Part shown: piece after piece, positions 33,613-46,231 of the stretch
Layout of the letters: each line of letters starts with the position of its first letter
How positions within the stretch are numbered: position 1 is the first letter of the stretch
DNA from: Setoptus koraiensis
Lineage: Eukaryota > Animalia > Arthropoda
Assembly (NCBI GenBank): GCA_048013815.1
Contig: CM106586.1
Span: 5,270,001-5,334,000 of the forward strand
Direction of reading: 5' to 3'
Length of the DNA: 64,000 nt
Program-made: the position numbers and the translations under genes
Notes under the pieces: model-generated
Told to the model about the DNA's origin: nothing
What the model saw: the letters and a program-made list of their open reading frames with translations, nothing else
The model's database searches: none

Positions 33613-34434
33613 ATGGCTGGCAACTTTTGGCATAGTTCTCACTATCAGCAGTGGCTGCTCGATCGTCAAGATCTCATTAGGGAACGTCATTCAGATTTGT
33701 CTGTTATGACGGACGAGGGCTATCAAAAATTAATGATATTTTTCGCCAGTTTCATTCAGTCTATTGGAGAATCTCTCAAAGTCAAACAGCAAGTTGTTGC
33801 GACTGCCATTGTATACTTTAAGAGATTCTATGTTAGAAATTCGCTTAAATGCGTTGATCCCCTACTGTTGGCGCCCACATGCTTGTTTTTGGCCTCAAAG
33901 GTAGAAGAGTTCGGTGTCATATCAAACAGCAGACTGATAACAACTTGTGCGGCAGTGGTTAAAAACAAATTCTCACATGCCTATCCTCAAGATTTCCCTT
34001 ACAGAATAGACAAAGTGTTAGAATGCGAATTCTTTTTATTAGAAATGATGGATTGTTGTCTCATATTATATCACCCCTATAGACCATTAATACAATATGT
34101 CCAGGATTGGCCCCACAAAGACATTGTTCTTCCCGTTGCTTGGAATGTTATCAATGACAGCTATCGAACGGACATTTGTCTATTATATCCACCACATCAG
34201 ATAGCTATCGCCTGTTTGCACATAGCTTGTGTAATTACAGAAAAAGATCAATATAAGACGTGGTTCGCTGAATTAAACACAGACTTCGATAAAATACTTG
34301 AAATAACTAATCATATATTAACTTTATACGAATTGTGGAAAAATTTCGATGAAAAAAGGGAAATACCACACCTACTCGCTCAGATGCCCAAGCCAGTCCT
34401 TGAAGCACCCAATAGAGGCTCTATGCCAGATTAA
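33613..34434 (+). CDS. CCNC: Cyclin C (Mediator kinase module), intronless
   Basis: MAGNFWHSSHYQQW, QQVVATAIVYFKRFY, DPLLLAPTCLFLASKVEE, ECEFFLLEMMDCCLILYHPYRPL; 273 aa. Confidence 0.98.
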   Translation: MAGNFWHSSHYQQWLLDRQDLIRERHSDLSVMTDEGYQKLMIFFASFIQSIGESLKVKQQVVATAIVYFKRFYVRNSLKCVDPLLLAPTCLFLASKVEEFGVISNSRLITTCAAVVKNKFSHAYPQDFPYRIDKVLECEFFLLEMMDCCLILYHPYRPLIQYVQDWPHKDIVLPVAWNVINDSYRTDICLLYPPHQIAIACLHIACVITEKDQYKTWFAELNTDFDKILEITNHILTLYELWKNFDEKREIPHLLAQMPKPVLEAPNRGSMPD

Positions 34435-34448
34435 AACTAATAATGATT

Positions 34449-37400
34449 TTACTGCCGATAATACAGATTCTTGTAATAAAACCACAAAGCATAAATGATT
34501 GATCCAAATATTAAGATGGGTGATGGACCAGCTACCATTTTGAATGCTGAGCTGCAGGTTATACCCGTGTGGGACAAAGTAAATTTAACTTGATCCATTC
34601 GTTTGCACCCTTCGTCGCGACAAATCCAGTTTGGATCACTTAGTTCGCCAGGCTGACCTAACTCTTTCACTACAAAGTAGAACGGTTTGCAAGTGGCTAT
34701 GTTCTCCTTGTAACACGGATCATCAACAACAAATTCAATCTCTTGTCCTGGTGCTACTTCCTTACAAACACCATACTCCTTACCTAGATTGTAATTGCTC
34801 GTTGTGGGAGGTGTTTGTGTTGACATTCCACTAGATCCAAATGGCGAACCATTCATAAAGGCTGTCTCGTCTGGCCTGGGTTGTCTTCCAAAGCACACTC
34901 TCAAACGGCCTCCTTCAACTTTGAATGTCATCCTGATGGAAGTGCTGGCAAAAAAGGTTCTTGGGTCCATCATCCAGTATTGTTTTTTACTCGGTGAAAT
35001 GTAACCAGTGGAGATTGTCTTGTCCGACACTGTTCTATAGCAGCTTGGGTATTCAAAAGTTGCCGGCGCTTCGCAGATTCTCTTGACTAATTGATCGGCT
35101 AGTTGTTCAGCAGGACCCGACAGTCCTTCGAACTGTCCAGACATGATTGATTCGCCGTAAGATTCGGCATTTGATTGTGCGGGCACTTGTGAGAATATGT
35201 CTCTCTGTTCAAAGACGAAAGGATTAAGATCTTCAGTGTTCGGGCCGACAGCTAAAATGGCTGCACCTCGGAAGTTTTCGCTCAGAAGTCTCTTGGCTTC
35301 CTTGAAACGGTAACTTGATGAGCCTTCTTGGGTGCTGTATGGGTTACTGCTGAAGGAGTTTGATGTTTGCGGGCGCGCCACTGATCCATAATTGAACCAT
35401 ATTATTGATTTGGAGGATCCAGTATTTCTTGGCACTCCGTTTCCGGCAAATTGTTGACCGTTATTTTGACCGTTATATGGCCTCGATGTGTAGGGCGTCG
35501 GTACATAAGATGAGTATGACGACGATTGGCCGCCATTGTAAGAGGACGCAATTTGTTGTTGTGAGCCTCTATCTAAACTCCTTCCTTCCGTCATGCTCAC
35601 CAGTGTCTGCTCAAACATTTCTACCAATCTGACTGGTTCGCTTATCGCACCGCCTTGAAATGTTCTCGATCTGTCGTATAGAAGGGCGCAGCCTATCAAT
35701 GTTGGATTGGATGTATTTCTGATGAGTTCATTGAAATTGTACGAGCTACCGTAACCTGTCGCGTCCATTTGGTTTGTTAGCACCGCCATGGTGCTGCCGT
35801 GTTTCCACATATCAATCTTATTAGACACCTTCACTATGCATTGTTCCATGAACGGTTCGTTAGCCGTGGGGCTGACATCAACTATTGACACCACATCCGC
35901 TTTGGATATTTCACAATCGTCTCTGGCGCCTCCCATCATATTGTCGCTGTTTGATTCATCGCAGATGCTGTGAGGTATGTTGGTAACAGCGGCACGACGA
36001 GCCACATCCCGGAATGAGTCCATTTGCGTGATGGCCGACACAACGGCCATATCTTGTTCGGGCGATTTAAGATCGTACAAACGAAGATAATTTTCCGCTT
36101 GAATTTTGAGCTCCTCAAATCGCGATTGCAGAACCGCTCCACGTTGACAAACGCCAATGTCGGGAAATTGTGGTTTGAAGCCCGCCCTGCTGTAGTACAT
36201 TCTCAGTAGATCGCTCAATTTAATTGAACGTCTCGACTCTATTATACCCCGTAGGGCTCTGCCCAAATTTAGTCCGTCTAGGCCGCCGTTCAGCTCGGCC
36301 GTTGTGAATTTGATCGATTCAGAGCGGTCCAATTTGTACGAAGTGGGACACATGGTATTGTTCCAGTGGCCGTCGTCGCCAAGCACAATTTGCGACAGGG
36401 GTTTCTTGTGGTCCGCGCTAATGGCCCAAAGATCGGTGAGAGTGACAGCAAACAGCGGGTCGATCTCTTCGTCAATTCTCTTGGTTGTGCCAGATAGATC
36501 AAAATTTGGATAGACCGATGCGGCCAATTGGCGTATCTGTTGCGACGGTTGACTGGCGGCCAATATGCCCAATAGCACCCGACTGAGGGCGACACCACTG
36601 TTGTCCTGACCGTTGCCCACAGCCACAACTCCGAATTCGTAGGCAACCTTTTGTCGGTTTGCATTCTGTTGAGCCTGCAACAATTGCTGTTGCTGACTGA
36701 TCTGGCCATTCGGAGGCGGATAAATGGGTCCCCCTTGAGCATTTCCGCCCGAGTTGGGCCTGCGTGATACATACATGGGCGATCGACACAATTAGTATGA
36801 ATATTAATGAGTGATATGAGTAGTTGTTATATGTTGGTATTTGCATATTTGTGTCCTACATCTCAGTTGTGAGAGTGACAACAAGATAACTAGCGACTCA
36901 CCTGGCATAATTGCTGCTGTACTGAGTGGGATTGCCGCTAAGGGGGAACGGACTATTCATACCGAGCGGATTGTTTCCTTGGTAATTGGGCTGATTGTTG
37001 GCCGAATAAGTGGGTCCATTTGCTGCGGCCGATCCAAAACCTGGCGCCGGGCCTGGATACCTCGAGGGCGCCCCTGATTGGGCGGCGGCCGCTTGTAGGG
37101 CCGGATAGGGGTTGCTGCCTGGATTGTTTCGCACAACCGGCAATAGGCCGTACTGTTGATTGTCGCTCAACGGTCGTTGAGGTCCCTTCAATGTTGTGCC
37201 CAATGATAGATATTCTTTTTCAATGTGATGACTCAACATGAAATACATGGAACATTTCTCATCATCGGTCAGCGATTGTTCATTGAACAAATCTGAAACA
37301 ATGTGCTGTTGTTGTTGCACTGTCGATGGATTCAATAGTAGCTCATTTATGTCTGATCTAATGTCTTTGTCATTGGAGTTAGACATGGCGTTCGTTTTTC

Positions 37401-38265
37401 TGTCCCAAAAATAATTGTCATAATGGAATCTACTCAATATCATTCTAATGAATTGATCAAGATTGTTGGCCAATCTCGGATGATTAGATTCAATCTTTGA
37501 CAATATCTCGACGAAATTCTCAATAGTTTGACCATGAGGTAGTCTTTGGCCTAAAATGAGGCCGCCATCGTACATGCCGTTGGATTGACCAAGATCGCCG
37601 TAACTGGAGGCCCTTTGTTGATAATTGTTGCCATTGAATGATGACGTTGATGGTTGTTGCTGTTGCTGGTAACTTGTTTGTTGATTTGCATTTTGACCAG
37701 CAGCTTGGTATTGGCTACCTGAACTCCTCGACAAGCCTCCGGTATATGACACAGGCGGCTGCTGTTGGCTGATCGCTGGCGAGTTGATTGGCGCTGGATA
37801 AGTGTCAGAATTTTGATTGTTGTTGTTATAAAAAGATGAGGCCGTCGAACGAATACCTGTATAGCATGGCAGTATATATCTTTGAAAGTCGATGGGTTTG
37901 AGGCTGATACAATCAATCAATGTTGCACTTAGTGCGGCTAGAATTGTCACCAGTATTAATTGTGCTTGAAATACATTGATTGGGACTTTGTAATCATTTC
38001 GGTTTGATTCGTTGGTGATACACGACTGTTGGACATGATTTTTGGCTTGTTTTGCTGCTGTTGGCCCCGTAGATTTGGAGGGCCTTTTGTTATGCAACAC
38101 TTCAAAATATTTCTTCCTCTTAGCACTGTAGCGATTTGGCATGCAATTATGATGACACTTTTCATTCATGAACGAATTGTTATTCTTACACCTGTTCGAA
38201 CTTGGTGTGGTCGCTAGTGACCGGTCAAAACACTCAAACATTTTGTTATGTTTCGGCAACTCCAA
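34449..38265 (-). CDS. Large cell-surface protein, two exons (38265-36902, 36759-34449), 1224 aa: signal anchor, Q/S/N-rich linkers, PGLYRP2-N-terminal-like domain, vWA-like domain, Cys-containing C-domain, GPI/TM tail
   Basis: Intron 36901-36760 (AG|GTGAGT..ACTAAT..CGCAG|G) fuses the 455-aa and 780-aa ORFs in frame. Motifs: TTAELNGGLDGLNLG..KLSDLLRMYYS, ADVVSIVDVS; C-terminal SSAFKMVAGPSPILIFGSIIYALW. Confidence 0.75.
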
Positions 38266-40808
38266 TCAGGAGGTGTTGTTGCGTAAAATGAGGTCAGATT
38301 TAAAATGTGCTGCAACTGTGTGTAGAGGAACAAACGGGATGTTGAGATAAGTATGAACAACTGTCGTTGATCTGGTTCTTTTGACCCGAGTCTTTGTCGG
38401 GTTCATGCGTGTATTTGTTAGTCGGAATAGCTGATACTAATAATTATTTGTTATCATCGTGATGCCACTGAACTGCCCGACCATTACTGCCAGTAGTTGG
38501 TTAGTTAATTAGTTAGATTGTTTACTTTGCCTCCTCTGCAAAATTGTCATCGGTGGCTTGTGTTTTTGTATGATTGTTGGTGGCAATTACTCATTAGCGA
38601 GTGTCTATGTGTGATTGCAGATTAAACAGAAAGAGAGAGAAAAAGAGAGCATTCAGCTAGCTTTTGCACAAATACGATTACGTATTGAATGGTGTGTGTA
38701 TCATCGCCACCGATGAATCACTAGCAGTAGCTAACAATGCTTACACAAGCGTAGATTGCTTATCTTGGATACGATTTTACACGATGATTATATTGATGAT
38801 ATATATATACAGTTGGATGGGATCTATAGATTTGTATGCGACACGCTGCCTAGGCACACAAAAGTAAAGTACAACAAAATTAGCTGCATCAATCGAGTGG
38901 TGATGCCGTTAATTGGGATCGGTTGGTAGATGAGCCAATGAACAACAAAAATCTCTGAGTAATAACTACAAGTTATTCGTGGTTACGATCGTTATAAAAC
39001 AACAACAACAACAAACATCTCTATTGGTCTGCTACTGATAATTATCAACACCAATAAAACTTAACCACCGATTTACTTTTGGGCTTACTATCTGGCAGTA
39101 GCAGCCTGTGGTGGTAGTTAACATAGTGCCTGCCACAATCAGTGGTGATGTGAATGGGCTGAGGCAAAGAGGCCATGCAACATGTTGAACAAATCAAAAA
39201 ATTAGCAAACAAATCATAATTCAGTGAGTGATCTATGGCATTATCATCAATCAGATTTTGATGTCGTACCCTGTACGTTGTTGTTGTTGTTTTTATTTTA
39301 TCAACTAAACAAACAAACCGACAAAAGATGAATAGATATTGGCGAGAGGCAACTGGAAGTTGTATCTTGACAAACTGCAACACTTATCTGACTATATAAT
39401 CAGTTGATGGATAGACATTATTGGGCAACAAATGGGTGGCCAACTTGTTACTTGATTAACCTGACTACAAGTTAATTACAAAGTAGCCATGCTGTTGCAG
39501 CTCTAATACTGCTAAGTGACACCCTGGCCTGATATTGCCGCCAAGATTGCTTCGTTATTGTATGCAAACTACATGATAGCTAGTAACAAAGCAAATGCGA
39601 AGATTGAGTGGTGCAAAAATCGATAGCAGCAGTTCAATAAACTGGCCCCCTAACATCTGCAACAAGCAAACTCTAATCAATCTCGAACTCTAAGCTCTCG
39701 ACAACTGAAAAAACAAACCATTAAGACATTGAGGCCTTCATCTGACTGAACTGTCCAACGGACATGTAAAAATTGATAACAACGAGCTCAAATCAAGTAA
39801 ATGCATTCAAATTGAGGGCCTTGATTGTCTAAATGGACTGCGCTTTGTTTGGCCTTCCAATTCAGTTGTTGTCATGATATTGTTGTTGCTTATATCGGCG
39901 TATTACCCTCTATGGGACGGACTGACTAGAGCACCCATGAGTGCAAGTGAATAAACAAAGGACAAGGTAATGAATGTCCCATGATGGATGTGCCTAACGG
40001 ACTAGGGAGTGGGTATTACTTTTTAGATAAGTGCTTTAGACAACAACGAAGGTTCACCGATTCACGTTTTGTGCGGATAAAAGCACAAACAATATGATGC
40101 TCTCTGGAGTTTGCTACCAATAGACACAGATAGACACTTTGCGAAAATAAAAGATTTTAAGCCGACAATAACTAGCTACAACTACAACCTATATGGATTG
40201 TTGAGTGTACGTTGCTTACGTAAAAGTTGTTGACAAATCGATGATATTTTAAATCCAATAACTCCGATACATTACGACTTGCGCAAGTGAAAGTATCTGG
40301 CCAAGTTGTCACTGTCTCCTCAAGGTGTTTGTCCAAATGGCACAAACACTAGCTAGTAGTATTTGTCTGTCTGAATACAATATCTAGTCGAGGAACTAAA
40401 GTTGTCGCGCTCACAGACAACCAATAACGACGAACAAGGAAATTGATCCTTTCGGCGAATTCTTTATTATTATTATTGTATTATTCACCTACCGTATCTT
40501 GATATTAATAGTGGATATGCTGCCTGTATAAGCTGCTTCAATAGTTGAGGCAGGAGGTTAAATTCAAATGGGAGAGTTTAAATTCACAAGTCGTTTCGTC
40601 TTGGGTTGTTTCCATCGGTCCGTATCATACCTACGCCCGATGTGATTCTGCTGCTAGAGATTACTTTGTTTTCTACTCTCGCCTTATTATCCAATAGAAT
40701 AAGTTATTAGAAGAATTAATTGCAATTTAGCCGCCAAATATTACTAGTTAGTGCGGCTAAATTATAGTTATCAGCTAGATTAGTGGCCACAACAAATCGT
40801 GTCCATCA

Positions 40809-43800
40809 ATGACGGCCCCAACCAACAGACAAGTGGCCACAGTCATTGGCCGTCTGTCGCTGCTGATAATAGCATCGAGCTTGGTGTCGTCGAGCTCGGT
40901 GCCCGCAAATCAGCAAATCGGCAGCACAGTCGCCCCATCAAGCCTTAAGCCTAGTGTGGAAGGCGCAGCAAGTGAACGGGGTGAAAAATGGAGCCACGAC
41001 GAGGATCACAGTGAATATGTCAATTTTTTAGATTTTACCAACAGCAGCGCGGCCGACATGTACAATAATAGGGAAGAATTTAAGAATTTGGCCGAAAAAG
41101 AGTGGCAGCTAATGTTTAGATCGTTCGACATAATGTACGAGAGCGTATCGAGTTCGTTCTTCAGCGAATTCGGTCACATGGATATTATGCAAGACATTGA
41201 GCAGCAGCTGCCCCATGATTGTCGCCAGAGTTTGGCCTTCGTGAGACAGTCACTAAAGAAACACAAACTTTGGGCGCTACGAATGATCGATTCCATGGGC
41301 AAAATACAAAGCGGCATAACATATGGAAAATTTTCATCGCCAGGCGATTACGAGGAATGCATCAATGTCAAAGTAGACGAGCAATGGCTCAATCCCGAGA
41401 TTGTTTTGTCCTCTGAGGCTCGCAGCAAACAACAGGCCCAAAGTAGACAGAATTGGCGCGGCAAATATTGCCTCTTGGACTTCCGGTTGCCGCTGCCCGA
41501 CAGGCCAAAAAACAAACTGTTGAGCGTGCACGAACCAGTGCTCAATTTATCCAACACGGAGCTGGCAAAACAATTTCCCATTGTTGCCAATTATTCCGCT
41601 TACGCGTCGGTGTTCTATGAAATAGGATACCTGCACGGCATCTGCATTCCGTCCACCTGTCAGATCGAGGACGTGTCCAAGGCGGTGGGCAAAGGTGAGT
41701 GAGGGGATAGTTTCGGCAAACAGGTTGTCGTTGTCAGCACGATTCTCACCGTTGTTATTTCTTCTTTTCGTTGTTTTTTCCTGTTCGATGTCGACCATTG
41801 ACTGACCAGCACTCGAGGGTATGTATATCGTGGTGAACAGCACAATCGATTGTGAGGTTCTCCGGGACACTACGGACGTGCGGCCCTCCCAATGGCTGGC
41901 CATGTAAGTATCATTCTCGGACGCTATCTCTCTTGCTGCCCGTTAGCTGTCGCCCGAATCTCATCGCCTTCCACTGTGATGTTCACAATTCACTACGCAA
42001 CAGGTTCCTGTTCTTCGCTCTGTTCCTCAATGCAACCATAGCCAGCATATTGAACTTTGTGTACCGGAAACACAAGAAGGAACGCGAACTTTCCAGCTCA
42101 AAATTGTGGTCAAAAGAGAGCACTGTTATGGGCAGCTTATATCGGGCCGATGGTTTCATGGTGAAGCTCGCCAAGAGACATCACAAATATTCCGAATGTT
42201 TCTCGTTACAAACAAATTTTCAGCGATTAACCAAGCCAGATCCCAGATCGTTGACGTTTGTCCATTACACACGAATAGTTGCCATGGCCCTGACAGTCAT
42301 TACACACACGGGCGGTTTGGGTACTTTGCAGGCCATAACAAAACCCGCCGATGCGGCCAACAGCGAACAGATATTTAGAGACTTCATACCGCAAATGTTG
42401 GCCAACGCCTTCACCTCAATTCAGATCTTCTTTTTCATGGCCGGATTCATGTTGGTGCTGAGCACTTATCCGTCTGTTAAGCGCGAAAAGGGCTCAGTAT
42501 CGTTCGTGGAGTACGCCATTAAGCGAGCCATTAGGCTGATGCCGGGACTTGCGGCCACCATTGGCGTTAATTTCATCTGGCCTCTAATGGTGGACGGGCC
42601 CATGTTGTCCTATTTCATTAGGTTGATTGTGTTGCCGTGCGAGAGCAACTGGTGGCACACGCTACTGTTTATGAGCAACTTCGACCACGTAGAGAAGATG
42701 GTAATTATCCCCGATTAATCGCAATTACTCGACATTCGCATGTCCAACATTCTGACATCCGACCAATGCAACACAACTAACTGATTATACCGTTCTCGCG
42801 TTGTTCTTATTCTAATCGCATAATTCTGGATGGCCTCCAATTACAGTGCTTGCGTCACTCGTATTTCTCGGCTTCCGACTACCAGCTACACATAATCGCC
42901 TTTCCCGTTTTGCTGTTGCTGTATCACAAACCAGCGGCCTCCCTGCTGGTGGCCGGTCTACTCACAATATCGGGATTTGTCGCGCAAGTGATCATGATAT
43001 CCACTAAAACTGCCCTGCCCTTCATGATGGTCGATTACCTAGACAAAGAGTGCGTACTTAAAACGATTATACATACCGCAAATCTGACTCAATCTATCCA
43101 GCAACCACTACTAACAAATACTGATCTTGTAATTAATTAAATGTGCGATTGTGCCTCCCTGCAGAGCCTTCTTCAACGTGGTCCACTACATACATCACCC
43201 CGTTTGGAACCACATATCGGCCTTTTTCGCTGGCTTCATCATCGGCTACTTTGTCATAAAACAGTATCGCTGGAACATCAGCGAGGTAAATATTTGAAAG
43301 ATAATGATTCGCGCAATTCGATTTCGATCGACACTGACCATCAATCTGTATCCTCATTTTACATTCGTTTATATCTCGTTCGTTATAATTGATTGACTGG
43401 CACAGACCACGATCAAATGTCTGTGGTACGTGATCGTGCCCGCGGGTCTTGGCTCCATCTACGCGCCCTACTATTGGAATCACTACAAGAGGCCCATCAC
43501 AAAATGGCAAATGGTGATGTATGTGATATTTGATCGTGCCGTTTTACTTATATTCTGCGCCTGGCTCTCCTACGCGTCGATGGTGCTCAGCCGGAAGAGG
43601 CCGTCGACGGCCAATGGGCAAAACAAGCAAGCCAAGCAAGCGACGGCAGCAGCAGCTAACAGTAACAGTCAGCAACAAAGCAACTTGCCCGCAACTGTCA
43701 GCATGATTGACTTGTCCGGATCGAAACTGGATCAAAGCGACAAAAAGCAGCCAATTAAGGACGACACTGAACTGAGTGTATCGGCCGCCCGACTTAAATC

Positions 43801-44524
43801 AACGAACCCACAACAGCAACAGGTGAGCTCGTCAACACCAAATCTGGCCGAGCCAAGCCAAACTGACCAGACCACGAACAAGACGGACTCGCAAAAGTCG
43901 CAGCATCGCGCCGAGCCGGCCCCAAACTCCAGGCCAGCGCGACCAATCACGTCCACTCTGAACACCATGTGTCTGGTGTTGAGCAGATTGACCTTTCAAT
44001 TGTATTTATTCAATATGGTTGTATTGTGGTTCGATGTGAACCACTCTAAATACCAATGGTATTTCTCTTATTATTTCATAATTGTCAAAGCGTTTGCAGT
44101 ATACACAGCATCGGCAATATTTGCCACCGTATTCTTTGTCACATTGGAGAGTCCATGTTTGACACTGTACATTATGTGGGTTAAATACACGGCACAAAAA
44201 CGGGGCGAAAAAGAACAACTTCGTCGCGAAGTCAAGCAAGACCTTTATGAGGCCAACAAAACAATGCGATCATCGTTCGACATGCAAGCAAACAGCAAGC
44301 AACCAACAAATGCGCCCATGGCACCGCCAAGTATCAAAGTGGAGCCCCAACTGATTGGCGCTGCCCCTGGCGACCTCGCGTACCAAGCGAAACAAACGCG
44401 CCAGGGTTTGTTTTCCGGAATATATCATATAAATTCATCGAACAGCATACACAGCATGGCTGTGACGCCCATAATAGCGCACGAAAAGAGAACCGATGCC
44501 TCGCGGGACATAACCAGAGTATGA
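40809..44524 (+). CDS. Nose-resistant-to-fluoxetine-6 (NRF-6)/acyltransferase-3 family protein, six exons (40809-41694, 41810-41903, 42004-42700, 42847-43049, 43165-43285, 43406-44524), 1039 aa
   Basis: Signal peptide; NRF N-domain (C..SL..LWALRMIDSMGK..GDYEECI..GKYC..GICIPSTC); multi-TM region with RIVAMALTVITH, FFFMAGFM, RAIRLMP, C..NWW..LLFMSNF, SRLTFQLYL and LESP. Exon lengths sum to 3120 nt, in frame. Confidence 0.9.
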
Positions 44525-46231
44525 CGAACGAGATATGATGATATGTTGCCACCAATCAGACAGTTTATCCGTTTTTGCGCACAATTGGTGAAAAAAAAAA
44601 GTGTGAAATCACAAGTTTAGCGGATCGTCGTTGAATTAAACAAATTTCGCAGCAGCTATTCGCAACATCTGTTAGTTTATTTTATGTCGATGCCATCGAA
44701 TGCAATACACGGACTGTTTTTCAACAAGTCGACTTGCAAACAAGCCGAAAAGCTCCCTCTTTCGCGTGCAAATTTTCTCCGCCATTTCGGGTCTCGCTTC
44801 TTTGGGCCCTCGATCGTCTTTGGTCTGTTCTCTCGTTACTCTCAATTTCTGACTCATTCGACTATCATTCGACTATCATTCGGCTGATGTCTGATGGCGC
44901 AATCGACTGGTTGAGTGATAATTGGCACACAATTGCATCATCATTATTCAAATTATTCCGCAACAGCGGCAACAACAGCTACAGCGCCAACAACAGCAAC
45001 AGCTAGCCAAATATGTGTACATGAAAGGGTGTTCTGTGTAATGGTGACGAATAGAGAATTGGCCTATAGCTATATTTTCGTAGCTGTTGAGCCATCCATC
45101 GATAGCATGCCGGGCTTGAGCGGAAAGACTCATAGATCATGAATCAATTTAGTGCCAGAGATTATTGCCAGACGAAAATGCTGCTGTTGCTGTTGTTGTT
45201 GTTGGTGGCGATGAATTAGTATGCAGTTATTGCGACTAGCAGTGGATTCAGACGCATCCGAAAGCTCTCAAAAGATGCGTAGGTGTCAACGGGCTGGCGA
45301 ACTCTATGACGAACGAACTGAACGTGGCTGCTTCTTTTCGGCTGTCGCTGGCTGGCTGGTTAAACAGAGTGACATCACGCAGATTGTTGTTTGTTTGTGG
45401 TAGTTTATCGTCGTCGTTTGCTTTTCGTCATCTCCATGAGATAGACACTATAGCGCAGCAGCACAAAGTGTGGCCCAAACAAAGAACAAACATGGATGCT
45501 GGCAGCAAACAGATAAAAAGAAATAGAGATTGAAATTCAAGTTCATGATCACTTTTTGCGCCAACAAACAGCCAGCGACTAACAGCAGCAGCAGCAGTTG
45601 CTGGCGGCCGACTAGTTGCGTAGGTGTGTCCCTGCCGACGTTGATGCTCGACTATCCGGGCTTCGGCTGTGGAATTTGTTGGGCGACGAAGGGTGGTGCT
45701 TTCTCTCTGGCTGGGGCTGCTGCCGTTGTCGCCCGTCTACAACTAGACAAGCGATGCAGCTAGACAGGCGATAGAATTAGACAAGTGATAGAATTAGACA
45801 AGCAAAGGAGGCTTTTGTAAAGGGATAACTCTCTGGGAAAAACTCTCGCTCTCTCGAACGCAATTTGCAATAGTTTGCGTGGAGGCGCCACATAGCCAGT
45901 GTGTGCCGTACAGTCAGAGCAGTTAGAAACAACTTGTCGTTGGTGATGACGACGACGGCAACGACAATAATAGATTTTCGTTAAACCAACAGCCATTGTG
46001 TGCGCTATTGCGACGATACGTGATTCGTTAGATTCGTAGATTGTGTTTTGTTTTTTTCAGGCCACCAGTCGTGCGACTAGAAACAACGCAGTTCAACAGT
46101 CCAAACAATCCAACGGAACTTGATCATTAATTTAATTAGCGCCAATTCCGCAAGCTAATCAGTTTTGCCAGCAGCGACAGTCCGAGCTCAGAAGACAACA
46201 ACCAAGCGACAACAAACACCCCACACAGAGC

